Positions 46,168 through 57,215 of a DNA stretch of 64,000 bases are shown here, one piece after another. Under the pieces are notes generated by a model, which worked only from the letters and a program-made list of their open reading frames with translations, was not told the origin of the DNA and did not search any database. The stretch spans positions 130,844,653-130,908,652 of the forward strand of contig NC_052162.1 of NCBI RefSeq assembly GCF_902713615.1. The letters are read 5' to 3'. Origin of the DNA: Scyliorhinus canicula. Its lineage: Eukaryota. Each line of letters begins with the position of its first letter. Within the stretch, counting starts at the first letter, position 1. The translations under genes were made by a program, and so were the position numbers.

Positions 46168-46842
46168 ATGGAGAAACCATGGAAATGTGAGGACTGTGGG
46201 AAGGGATGCAAAGCCCCATCGGAGCTTGAGATTCATCGACGCAATCACACTGGAGAGAGGCCATTCACCTGCTCTAAATGTGGAAAGGGATTCACTCGGT
46301 CATCTAGCCTGCAGAAGCACCAGCAGGTTCACGTTGGGGAGAGGCCGTTCACCTGCACTGAGTGTGGGAAGCGATTTACTCAATCCTCCAGCCTGCTGAG
46401 ACACCTTGTCACTCACACTAATGAAAGACCCTTTAAATGCTCTGACTGCGGGAGTGGCTTCAAAAATGCTGCGGACCTGCGGGTCCACCAGCGCATTCAC
46501 ACTGATGAGAGACCATTCAGCTGCACTCTCTGCACCAAGACGTTTCGAACATCGTCCAACCTGCGGGCACACCAACGTATTCACACAGGCCAGAAGCCAT
46601 TCACCTGCTCTGCGTGTGGGAAAGGATTCACCCAGTCGTCTAACCTGCGGGCACACCAGCTGATTCACACTGCCCAGAAACCATTCACCTGCTCTGTGTG
46701 CGAGAAGGGATTTGTTCAGTCATCCAACCTGCGGGCACACCAGCGTGTTCACACTGGGGAAAAGCCATTCACCTGCGCCATATGTGGGAAGGGATTCGCT
46801 CATTCATCTCACCTGCCAAGACACCAGCGAGTTCACAATTGA
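46168..46842 (+). CDS. C2H2 zinc-finger protein F, 8 fingers, 224 aa, no effector domain
   Basis: ACC-ATG-G start of MEKPWKC; 8 canonical fingers; acceptor TTTTTTGCAG at about 45621-45630. Confidence 0.88.
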   Translation: MEKPWKCEDCGKGCKAPSELEIHRRNHTGERPFTCSKCGKGFTRSSSLQKHQQVHVGERPFTCTECGKRFTQSSSLLRHLVTHTNERPFKCSDCGSGFKNAADLRVHQRIHTDERPFSCTLCTKTFRTSSNLRAHQRIHTGQKPFTCSACGKGFTQSSNLRAHQLIHTAQKPFTCSVCEKGFVQSSNLRAHQRVHTGEKPFTCAICGKGFAHSSHLPRHQRVHN

Positions 46843-47321
46843 TTACACAGTCTAGATTCCGCTGTTATTGTTGCTGTTAATCACATCCAGGACTGAACCG
46901 TGTTCATTCTGACAGTGGGTGAAGTGGGAGTTCGGAGGATTCTTTCTGCTGGACTTTGCTTCCAGTGGGCTGGTGCTCATTGAGCCTGGGAGAGCACATT
47001 GCCATAAAAGTTGATAAAGTGCATTTATCCAGAATCACGTGAGCCTCCACCCATCCCTCTACATCTCCCCCATCAGCATCTCCTTCTATTCCTTTCTCCC
47101 TCATGTATGTATCTAGCTTCCCCTTCAATCGATTCATGCTGTTCATCTCAACCACTCGCTGTGGTAGCGAGTTCCACATTCTCACCACTCACTGGGTAAA
47201 GAGACTCCCATGATCTCCCGATTGGATTATTGAATCTTTAAAAATTGTAATCAATCTTACAAAGAGAAGTACAGCACAGGAACCGGCCCTCCAAGCCTGT
47301 GCCGACCATGCTGCCCGTCTT

Positions 47322-47560
47322 CTTTTTTCTTTTTAAAAAAAAAATAAATTTAGACTGCCCAATTATTTTTTCCAATTAAGGGGCAATTTAATGTGGTCAA
47401 TCCACCTAACCTGCACATCTTTGGGTTGTGGGGGTGAAACCCACGCAGACATGGGGAGAATATGCAAACTCCTTACGGACATGACTCGGGGCCGTGATTC
47501 AAACCTGGGTCCTCAGTGCCGTGAGGCAGCAATGCTAACCACTGTACTACCGTGCTGCCC
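47322..47560 (-). mobile_element. V-SINE, A-tailed
   Basis: Family match. Confidence 0.8.
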
Positions 47561-47656
47561 AGTCGTCCCTTTTCTAGTGAAAACACCCAATCCGTGGGTT
47601 AAATGCTCTCAGTTCTGATTTTATTCTTGTGAATATTTTTTAAAAATTTAAGTTGT

Positions 47657-47870
47657 GGGCAGTGGGTTAGCCCTGCACCCTCACGACGCCGAGGTCCCAG
47701 GTTCGATCCCGGCCCTGGGTCACTGTCCGTGTGGGGTTTGCACATTCTCCCCGTGTCTGCGTGGGTTTTGCCCCTACAACCCAAAGATGTGCAGGGTAGG
47801 TGGATTGGCCACGCTAAATTGCCCCATATTGGAAAAAATGAATTGGGTACTCTAAATTTATTCCAAAACA
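47657..47870 (+). mobile_element. V-SINE, A-tailed
   Basis: Family match. Confidence 0.8.
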
Positions 47871-47874
47871 AAAT

Positions 47875-48185
47875 TAATTTGTGGGATGTGGGCATCACTG
47901 GCTGGATGGGCATTTATTGCCCATCCCTAATCGCCTTTGAACTGAGTGTCTGGCTAGGACTCAAATATAGGCCAGACCAGGTGAGGATGCCAGATTCCCT
48001 TCCCTAAAGACACGGGCGAACCAGATGGCTTTTTCTACAATAAGTTCATGGTCATCATTAGACTTTTAATTCTAGAGTTTTTATTGAATTGAAATTTCAC
48101 CTTTTGCAAGATTTGAACCCGGGTCACCAGAGCATTACATTGGGTCTCTGGATTGCTGGTCTAGTGACAATACCACAACACCTCG
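47875..48185 (-). mobile_element. Third-family tRNA SINE
   Basis: Homologous to 10352-10855. Confidence 0.65.
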
Positions 48186-48548
48186 GGCAGCACAGTAGCA
48201 TGGGGGCAGCACGGTAGCATGGTGGTTAGCATAAATGCTTCACAGCTCCAGGGTCCCAGGTTCAGTTCCCGGCTGGGTCACTGTCTGTGCGGAGTCTGCA
48301 CGTCCTCCCCGTGTGTGCGTGGGTTTTCTCCGGGTACTCCGGTTTCCTCCCACAGTCCAAAGATGTGCGGGTTAGGTGGATTGGCCATGCTAAATTGCCC
48401 TTAGTGTCCTAAAAAATAAGGTTAAGGGGGGGGCTGTTGGGTTACTGGTATAGGGTGGATATGTGGGTTTGAGTAGGGTGATCATTGCGCGGCACAACAG
48501 CGAGGGCCGAAGGACCTGTTCTGCGCTGTACTGTTCTATGTTCTATGT
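48185..48548 (+). mobile_element. HE1-like V-SINE with duplicated 5' end and CR1 tail
   Basis: GGGCAGCACRGTAGCATG twice; (TTCTATG)2. Confidence 0.9.
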
Positions 48549-48829
48549 ACCTCCTTCTCCAGTGCTGGTTGAGCACAGGGCGAAATCATTGGCTTTGAAA
48601 GCAGACCCAGTCCCATTGCCCCGTTCCAGCCCCATTTCCACAAGTACCCAGCCAATTTCCATTTGAAATCATTCCACTACCTCTTCTTCTGCTCACCGGA
48701 CGTAGGTTCCAGGTCTTTACCAATTTAAATAAACACAAGGCTCATAGAGCACAGAAGGAGGCAACTTGGCCCATCATGTTCATTCCAGATATCAGGAACT
48801 ACCCAGTTAATTCCTTTGCAATTTTCTTT

Positions 48830-49157
48830 TCATAGAATCATAGAATTTACAGTGCAGAAGGAGGCCTTTCCGCCCATCGACTCGGCAACGGCCCTTGGAA
48901 AGAGCACCACACTTAAGCCCACGCCTCCACCCTGTCCCAGTAACCCCACCCAACCTTTATTTGGCCACTAAGAGCAATTTATCATGGCCAATCAACCTAA
49001 CCTGCACATCTTTGGACTGTGGGAGGAAACCGGAGCACCCGCAGGAAACCCACACAGACACAGGGAGAATGTGCAGACTCCGCACAGACGGTGACCCAAG
49101 CCGGGAATTGAACCTGGGACCCTGGAGCTGTGAAGCAACTGTGCTACCGTGCTGCCC
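48830..49157 (-). mobile_element. V-SINE with CR1-type tail
   Basis: Family match. Confidence 0.85.
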
Positions 49158-49171
49158 AAAACAATATCAAA

Positions 49172-49261
49172 GTGCTCGTTCGGGATTTGAACCCGGGTCC
49201 TGTCGCACATTTCGAGACCAAAACACCCAAAGCGAGAATCATATCGCCAGACGAACGAGCC
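49172..49261 (-). tRNA. tRNA-Pro(TGG) with an 18-nt intron at 37/38; degenerate, probably a pseudogene
   Basis: GGCTCGTTCGTCTGGCGATATGATTCTCGC-TT-TGG-G-[TGTTTTGGTCTCGAAATG]-TGCGACAGGACCCGGGTTCAAATCCCGAACGAGCAC; about 8 mismatches to vertebrate tRNA-Pro. Confidence 0.85.
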
Positions 49262-50287
49262 TGACTTTCAAGAATCTGTCCAGTTCCCTTTTTAAAAAAA
49301 AAAATAGAATTGAATCTGCTTCTCACACCATTTTCAGGCAGTGCATTCCAAATCACAATAACTCCACGTGTTTCATAACAAATAATTCTGGATATTGTGT
49401 GTTTTCAGTTTCACATTGTATTCAATATAGTGTCAAAGACATGGTTATCACACAACATTAAGGCGTAATCTTTATCGCTGATTTTGATGACTGTAATATA
49501 TCTAATCATGTGGACGGTTTGACAAAAACGTGCATTTCTGGATCACCGCTCTGGATCACAGGGCCTCTTAAAGCATTTTACAGCCAATTAAGTACTTTGA
49601 CAGTCTAATTCGCTGTGGTAATGTAGGAAACTGCAAGCATGGGTAGTGAATTTTAGATTTAAAAATCAATCACTCTCATTCTGTATTCACTATTATAAGT
49701 AACAAGGTTAAGGAAGCTGTTTTAAACATGTGGCTTCTTGTAGCCTTTTCACATTTTACAACTCGTCTTTATACACTATGTATTGATTTTATCTTAATAA
49801 CCAGTCATGAAACAGGTGTTTTTTCAGTAACGACCCTTGATTAAGTTACCATTGATCCCTCAATGTCATATTGTAAAAGGTGGCTTTTTATTTTAAGAAT
49901 TAACATTGTATAAACCGAAATGGTGCCAGAAACTGCAGAGCTAGCAGAAGTTGTGAAAAGAAAGAGCTAATTTTCTAAGTTTTAAAATCTCTGGACATCA
50001 TGTGCTGCCAAAGTCCAGCTCAAGAATAAGGCTAATTGCTCAATCTGATCAAGATGAGCAAAAGAGAAAGTTATTGTCTTCCGCAAACTGTCCTTTTGAA
50101 CCAGTGTACCTTGTATGAACGAAATGTATTAAAGATTACTTTATTAATTAGCTCGCAGTCTAACAGATGATTGGATAAGTGATGAGTTTTAATTGAGTTA
50201 CAATTAATGAATCAATAGATATAGCAAAAGACTGAGTTTTATTTGCTGTAAAAATGTAAAACCTGAATTGCTGTCTATGTAAAGAAT

Positions 50288-50812
50288 AGTAAGAAGTCTT
50301 ACAACACTAGGTTGAAGTCCAACAGGTGTGTTTCGAATCACTAGCTTTCTTCCTCAGGGTGAATGAAGAGGTGGATTCCAGAAATATTTGTATGGACAAA
50401 GTCAATGATTTATTTTTTTTATTTTTTAATAAATTTAGAGTACCCAATTCATTTTTCCAATTAAGGGGCAATTTAGCATGGCCAATCCACCTAACCTGCA
50501 CATCTTTGGGTTGTGGGGGCGAAACCCACGCAAACACGGGGAGAATGTGAAAACTCCACACGGACAGTGACCCAGAGCCGGGATCGAACCTGGGACCTCT
50601 GCGACGTGAGACTGCAGTGCTACCACTGCGCCACCGTGCTGCCTGACAAAGTCAACGATGAAGGACGATTCATTCACCCACCTCTTCATTCACCTGAGGA
50701 AGGAGCTATGCTCCGAAAGCTAGTGATTCGAAACAAACCTGTTGGACTTTAACCTGGCGTTCTAAGACTTCTTACTGTGCTCACCCCAGTCCAACGCCGG
50801 CATCTCTACATT
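50288..50812. mobile_element. Penelope-like foldback termini with nested V-SINE (50410-50644, TSD GACAAAGTCAAYGAT)
   Basis: Inverted AGTAAGAAGTCTTACAACAC..AAGTCCAACAGG arms. Confidence 0.7.
50690..50726 (+). ncRNA. Minimal hammerhead ribozyme motif
   Basis: TCAC-CTGAGGA-A-GGAGC/TAT/GCTCC-GAAA-GCTA-GTGA. Confidence 0.75.
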
Positions 50813-51162
50813 ATGTAAAGAATGTGCAATGGCGATAAATGTGCTGGCAAGAAAGACCTTCAAACTCTGATTAGCCACAAAATTTGAAATTGTCTGAATA
50901 CCTGATTGTGTACAATCAGACAAAGGGATAGTATGAAACAGTTCGAAGATAATGCCCAAGATAATGAGAGAAGACTGAGTAATGAATCGAAGAACAAGAA
51001 CAAAGAACATTACAGCACAGGAATAGCCCCTTCAGCCCACCAAGCCTGCACACGATCCTGATTCCTTATTTAAACCTAATACTTATTGCTCGAACGATCT
51101 GTATCCCTCATTCCCCACCCGGTCATGTGTCTATCAAGATACATCTTTTATTTTTTTTAAAT

Positions 51163-51210
51163 TTATGATCCTACGGAAGGTTCACCTACGGAAACCTTGT
51201 TACGTCTTTT
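51163..51210 (-). rRNA. Retroposed fragment of the 18S rRNA 3' terminus (48 nt, pseudogene)
   Basis: AAAAGACGTAACAAGGTTTCCGTAGGTGAACCTTCCGTAGGATCATAA versus 18S AAAAGTCGTAACAAGGTTTCCGTAGGTGAACCTGCGGAAGGATCATTA. Confidence 0.9.
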
Positions 51211-51752
51211 TAAATTTAGAGAACTCAGTTCTTTTTTTCCAAGTAAGAGGCAATTTAGTGTGGCCAATCCACCTGCCCTGCACATCTTTGGGTTGTGGGG
51301 GCGAGACCCACGTAGACGCGGGGGGAATGTGCAAACTCTGCACGGACAGTGACCCAGGGTCGGGATCATAGAATTTTCATAGAATTTACAGTGCAGAAGG
51401 AGGCCATTCGGCCCATCGAGTCTGCACCAGCTCTTGGAAAGAACACCCTACCCAAGGTCAACACCTCCACCCTATCCCATAACCCAGTAACCCCACCCAA
51501 CACTAAGGGCAATTTTGTACACTAAGGGCAATTTATCATGGCCAATCCACCTAACTTAGAACATTGCACGTCTTTGGACTGTGGGAGGAAACCGGAGCAC
51601 CCGGAGGAAACCCAAGCAGACACGGGGAGGATGTGCAGACTCCGCACAGACAGTGACCCAAGTAGGAATCGAACCTGGGACCCTGGAGCTGTGAAGCAAT
51701 TGTTCTATCCACAATGCTACCGTGCTGCCCTCGAAGCGCCGTGAGGCAGCAG
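51211..51752 (-). mobile_element. A-tailed V-SINE with nested CR1-tailed V-SINE (about 51367-51730), all inside a CR1 3' fragment (about 50990-52090)
   Basis: Family matches; ATCAAGAT duplicated on the flanks. Confidence 0.75.
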
Positions 51753-52416
51753 ATCAAGATCTATCCTATACATTGATGTGGTGCCTGCCTCCACCACCTC
51801 CACTGGTAACGCTTTCCAGGCACCCACCACTCTCTATGTGAAAAACGTTCCCTGCACATCTCCCCTAAGCTTTCCCCCTCTCACCTTGAACCTGTGTCCC
51901 TTGTAATTGAGTTTTCTACCCTATCTATCACTCGTAATTTTGTACAGCTCAATCAGGTCTCCCCTCAGCCACCGTCTTCCCCACAAAAACAATGGTTATT
52001 CAACTTCTCTTCATAACTAACATCCTCCGGACCAGGCAACATCCTGGTAAACCTTCTTTGCACTCTCCAACGCATCCACGTCCTTTTGATGATCCCATTG
52101 AATGAATCTAGTAAGCAAATTGACCAACTGTCATGTTACAACAGGCCTAACTCTGTCATGAGGTAATTGTCATTTTGGGGATGAAAGTAGAGGTTCCGAA
52201 GGTCTTCCTTCCTGGCCAAGTACTGAAGATTCCCGAGGCCGAGTTCTGGGGAAATTAACTTTTTGTGAAAGAGGGAGCCAGACTCCCGAGGCTGAATTCC
52301 ATAAGGATTACTGTCAAAGAAGGAGGCAGACTGGGTTACACTTCAACGGACTGATCACCCACACAAAACCGTAAAGTCATTGTTTTAAAATTGTTCAGTA
52401 AACCATTTTCTTTCAA

Positions 52417-52598
52417 TTTTTAAAAAAATATTTCTTTATTCTCCTCCTTTTTCACATTTTCTCCCAAATTTACACCCACCAACAATAAACAATAATCAGT
52501 AACAAATATGTCACACAGTCCCCCTCCCCTGAACCCTCCCACCACCCCCCCCCCCACCTCCCAACTAATGTTCGACGTTATCCAGTTCTTAAAAGTGA
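52417..52598 (-). mobile_element. L1/Tx1-like extreme 3' fragment
   Basis: G-rich 3'UTR, AATAAA, A-tail; ACCATTTTCTTT duplicated on the flanks. Confidence 0.55.
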
Positions 52599-52665
52599 CC
52601 ATTTTCTTTGAATAAACCTGTTTTTTTCTTTACCACCCAGAAAATTCTGATTTTGCATAAAGCTG

Positions 52666-52890
52666 TTTTAAAATAAATTTAGAGTACTCAATAATTTTTT
52701 TTTCCAATTAAGAGGCAATTCAGCGTGGCCAGTCCACCTAGCCTGCACATCTTTGGGTTGCGGGGGTGAGACCCATGCAGACAGGGGGAGAATGTGCAAA
52801 CTCCACACGGACAGCGACCCGGTGCCGGGGTCGAACCGGGGTCCTCAGTGCCGTGGCAGCAGTGCCAACCACTGCGCCATCATGCCACCC
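52666..52890 (-). mobile_element. V-SINE, A-tailed
   Basis: Family match. Confidence 0.8.
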
Positions 52891-53263
52891 TGCCTGAATT
52901 TGATTTTAATGGTTAAAATCTTGTTCCAACCAAAGTGAATTTTTGCAGTGGGAAGTTAGCTGTTATCAATTCAGATGTAGATAACAAGATCAGGTGATAT
53001 AAATCTTGAATTTAAAATGCAAACACAAGAAATAGGAATAGGTCATTCAGCCCCTCTAACCTGCTTCACCATTCATTAAGATCATGGCTGTGTTTGTGTT
53101 TTTAATCCCATCTACCCCAGATTACCTGGATTCCCTTGCCTAACAAGAATATATCTTACTCTGCCTTTGAAATAGTCCCATCAAAAACCATTCCCAAATG
53201 CCCCAAGAACCTTTGATTCACTTGCCTAACAAAAATCTATCTACCTCTGCCTTAGAAATGTTC

Positions 53264-53766
53264 AGTAAGAAGTCTTACAACACCAGGTTAAAGTTCAACA
53301 GGTTTGTTTCAAACACTAGCTTTTGGAGCTTTGCTCCTTCCTCATGTGAATGAAGATGGATATACCAGAAACATAAAGTCAAAGATGCAAGACAATGCTT
53401 TGAATGTGAGCATTTGCAGGTAATCAAGTCTTTACAGATCCAGAGATTGGGGTAGACCCAGGTTAAAGAGGTGTGAATTGTCTCAAGCCAGGTCAGTTGG
53501 TAGGATTTCGCAAGTCCAGGCCGGATGGTGGGGGATGAATGTAATGCGACATGAATCCCAGGTCCCGGTTGAGGCCGCACTCATGTGTGCGGAACTCGGC
53601 TATAAGTTTTGGCAATTCTGTGTTGTCGCGCATCCTGAAGGCCTGTCGCGTTGTCGCGCATCCTGAACCTACCTCTTCATTCGCCTGAGGAAGGAGCAGT
53701 GCTCCGAAAGCTAGTGTTTGAAACAAACCTGTTGGACTTTAACCTGGTGTTGGAAGACTTCTTACT
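53264..53766 (-). mobile_element. Penelope-like 3' fragment with inverted terminal repeats
   Basis: Minus ORF remnant KLIAEFRTHECGLNRDLGFMSHY; about 100-bp inverted arms. Confidence 0.8.
53682..53716 (+). ncRNA. Minimal hammerhead ribozyme motif (degenerate partner on minus strand at 53314-53348)
   Basis: CGC-CTGAGGA-A-GGAGC/AGT/GCTCC-GAAA-GCTA-GTG. Confidence 0.7.
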
Positions 53767-53767
53767 A

Positions 53768-54350
53768 TGGACAGGGTGGATAGGGAGATTTGCTCCCCTT
53801 AATTGAAGGGGCAGTCACGAGGAGACACAAGTTCAAGGTGAGGGGTAGGAGCTTTAGGGGGGATTTGAGGAAAAACTTTTTTTATCCAGAGGGTGGTGAC
53901 GGTCTGGAATGCACTGACTGGGAAGGTGGTAGAGGCGGGTTGCCTCACATCCTTTAAAAAGTATCTGGTTGAGCACTTGGCCCGTCATAACATTCAAGGC
54001 TGTGGGCCCAGTGCTGGTAAATGGGATTGGCGATACGGGTCAGGTGTCTTTAGTGCATCAATGCAGACTCAATGGGCTGAGGGGCCTCTTCCACACTATT
54101 ATTCTGTGATTCTCATCCTATAGTTCATAATGTTTCATTTCAAGGGGGCTGGATTATTAAAGTAAAGAGGTGTTTCTGCAAGCCAGCAGAGAGGCCATAT
54201 TTAGAACACTGCGTACAGTTTTGGTCCCTGTATTGAGGGAAAGATATATTATCATTGGAGGCAGTACAGAGGAGGTTCATTAGGATGCTTCTGGGAATGG
54301 AGGGACTGCCAAATGAGGAAAGAATTTCTTCTCTCAAAGCGTGGTGAATC
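53768..54350 (+). mobile_element. CR1 3' fragments
   Basis: AGGGTGGTGACGGTCTGGAATGC; TTAGAACACTGCGTACAGTTTTGGTC. Confidence 0.7.
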
Positions 54351-54444
54351 TTGGGGCAGCACAGTGGTGATTAGCACTGCTGCCTACGGCGCTGAGGACC
54401 CGGATTCAGTCCCAGCCCCGGCCCCAGCCCCGGGTCAATGTCTG

Positions 54445-55170
54445 TGTGCACGATCAATGACTACTAAAGTGAGGTTGTAGTACAACTGAAGGCTTTAATA
54501 AGCTAGATGTTTCCCAAAGCAGCTCAGGTACAGAAAGGAAGCTGCTGGGGCGGCACAGGCTCTTATACCCCACCTTGCAGGGCGGGGCTACCATACAAAC
54601 TCGACCAATGGAAAGCATACATTATCACCAATGGTGTTCCAGCATTACTAGGTACCGTAATACCTCTACACAGACTACCACATTCACCCCCTGTTAAAAA
54701 AAGTCCGGCAGGGGTGGTGGCTTGGTATTACAACATGGTAACGTGGTAGAAGTTATGGTTATGGAGGTACCATAATGCCTCCGTACAGCGTTTTGCCTTA
54801 TTATCGTAACTATTTACAATTTAACAATGAACTATATACACGTTAAAATGAAGCAATCAGTCGATCGGGGGCCCAGGTCGTCCTCTGTGATCGTCGAAGC
54901 CTCGGTGGTGATGCCGGTGGAGGTTCGGGCGTCTGTGACTCCGGGAGCGTGGTTTCGATCTCTGTGGCAGCTTCAACACCCCTAGATAACGCTGGTGGGG
55001 GAGCTGATTGACCTGGGAAGGGAGCGTCTGCGGGGGGGGGGGGGGGGCCTAGACGGGGCCGGCGGAAGGACTGATCCTCCTGGGAAGGGGGCAGCTGTAA
55101 GGTGCACCGGTGGGATGGGGGGGGGTTGGGACTGCTGGCGGGGGTGGGTGGAGCCAGGAGACGCTGGTCA
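54445..55170 (-). mobile_element. Gypsy-like LTR retrotransposon 3' end: LTR 54445-54682, PPT, Pro-rich pol C-terminus
   Basis: Minus strand AACAGGGGGTGAA-TGTGGTAG...GTGCACA; upstream PEPPPASPPRLRRSQR. Confidence 0.75.
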
Positions 55171-55859
55171 GATGTTGAACAAACACTTCACATCAAGCAG
55201 AGACTGATGTTCCTGAGCAAATTGACACAGGGAGTGACATGGTTTGGAGATGTTGGCAGCCTTTTCTTGGAGTTCTGCAGCTGGGTCTCATGAGCTCAGA
55301 TATTGAGTCAGGACACTAGCCTCCGGTCGATGACATGGATAATGTCGGCAGTCTTCATTATTGACGCCTCTGAGAGAGCCCCGGTGATCGCAGGGTCGCG
55401 AGACCTCCCGAGGGTCAGGTCGCCATGTTGATAAGGCAGCTCCACCCCCACTAAATCCACCTGCGGATCTGGAACAGATTGACTTTTTTTTGGCATAATC
55501 TTACCAGACCGATTCCTGAGGTCTTCCAGAGTCATGATCGCAAATATTAATTCAAGGAATAGTTAGATGAGAGCCAGGCAATCAGGATAAGTGTCAGATT
55601 ATAGGTGAGTGGCACCAGAACCTGCGGTAAAGCAGCTACTCTTTACTCGAGGATGTGGTGAAGGTTTGGAATTCTGTACCCCCGAGGATTCTGGAGATTC
55701 AGTCTTCAAGTATTTTCAAGACAGATTGAAAGGTTTTCAGATATTGAAGACGGTCGAGGGTGGGGAAATGCTGCTGTGGTAGATCGGCCAATGATCCCAT
55801 TGAATGGTTCAGGGTCGATGGGCCAAATGCAGTTCACATTTGTTTTGATCTCCTGGACA

Positions 55860-56045
55860 GGAAGCTGTGAGCATAGATCTGTCAATCAGCCTGAATCAGC
55901 ACCTTCAGGAGAATAGGGAGGGTGAATTTTAAATACAGCAGAGTGAGAATGAAGGGAGAGTGTGTGGGATGGAGATTTACAGCTTTTGGGGAATAAGCGA
56001 GCAGAAAAAATGTTCCATCGAAACTAGAATTGTCTAGAATTTCCA
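55860..56045 (+). pseudogene. ZNF-family intron stub (paralog G), truncated by a Penelope insertion
   Basis: Homologous to 37660-37805 and to minus strand 62665-62830. Confidence 0.55.
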
Positions 56046-56049
56046 AAAT

Positions 56050-57215
56050 GGTGCTCATAAAAGGTGTTCCTTCTTCCTCAACCGTGATTTCCTACCTACA
56101 GTTGTGGACAGGGCCCTCAACAGTGTGCGGCCCCTCTCACGCGCCACAACCCTCACCCCCTCCACTCCCTCCCAGAACAAGGATAGAGTCCCCCTCGTTC
56201 TCACATTTCATCCCACCAGCCTCCGTATGCAAAACATAATCCTCCGCCATTTTCGCCAACTCCAGCGCGATGCCACCACCAAACACATCTTCCCTTCACT
56301 CCCTCTGTCAGCATTCTGCAGAGACCGTTCCCTCTGAGATAATCTAGTCCACTCCTCCACCATACCCAGTACCTCTCCCATCACCCATGGCACCTTCCCA
56401 TGCAATCGCAGAAGGTGTAACACCTGCCCCTTTACCTCTTCCATGCTTAACATCCCAGGCCCAAAACACTCATTCCAGGTTAAGCGTTTCACTTGCACCT
56501 CTTCCAATTTGGTCTATTGCATTCGCTACTCCCAATATGGTCTCCTCTGTATCAGAGAGACCAAACACTGGGTGATCGCTTTGCTGAGTATCTTCGGTCT
56601 GTGCACATTCAGAATCCTGACCTTCCTGTTGCTTGCCATTTTAAAAAAAAGACCCTGCTCCCATGTCTTTTCTTGGCCTGCTGCAATGTTCTAGTGAAGC
56701 CCAACGCAAACTGGAGGAACATCTCATCTTCCGGTTAGGCACGCTACAGCCTTCCGGCCTGAACATTGAATTCAACAACTTCAGATGATCAGCTCTACCC
56801 CACCTCGACCCATTTGTTTTAATTTCATTTTAACTGTCTTTTACCATTTCTTTATTTCTTAATATACATTTACTCCCCCCCCCCCCCCCCCAATCTTATC
56901 CACTTTTCCTTCCCCTCCTCCCACACCGACAATTCATCCTCTGATGTTAGTTTCCCTGCTGTTTGACCTTTCGCATCTTTCGTTCTCTCTGGGGACTGCC
57001 ATTAGCACTCTTTCCCCTTGGTTTCTGTGGCCATTAGTACCCGGTTTCCCTGGGTTTCTGTGGCTATGACTCATCTTTCATTCTCACTCCACAGTATAAA
57101 TATTTCCCACTTTCTCTGTCTCTTAGCTTTGACAGTCATCGGGCTCGGAACGTTAGCTCTTTTCTCTGCCTACAGATGCTGCCAGACTTGCTGAGATTTT
57201 CCAGCATTTTCTCTT
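56050..57215 (+). mobile_element. Penelope-like element 3' portion (GIY-YIG endonuclease region and 3' repeat)
   Basis: RVPLVLTFHP, CNRRRCNTC, FTCTSSNLVYCI, LGDRFAEYLRSV, LPVACHF; eroded hammerhead-like TTTGACAGTC..CTCGGAACGTTAGC about 57129-57157. Confidence 0.85.

Noticed and set aside
55200-55560. 75-aa minus ORF and GC-balanced unique sequence
   Set aside because: No recognisable domain or splice structure.
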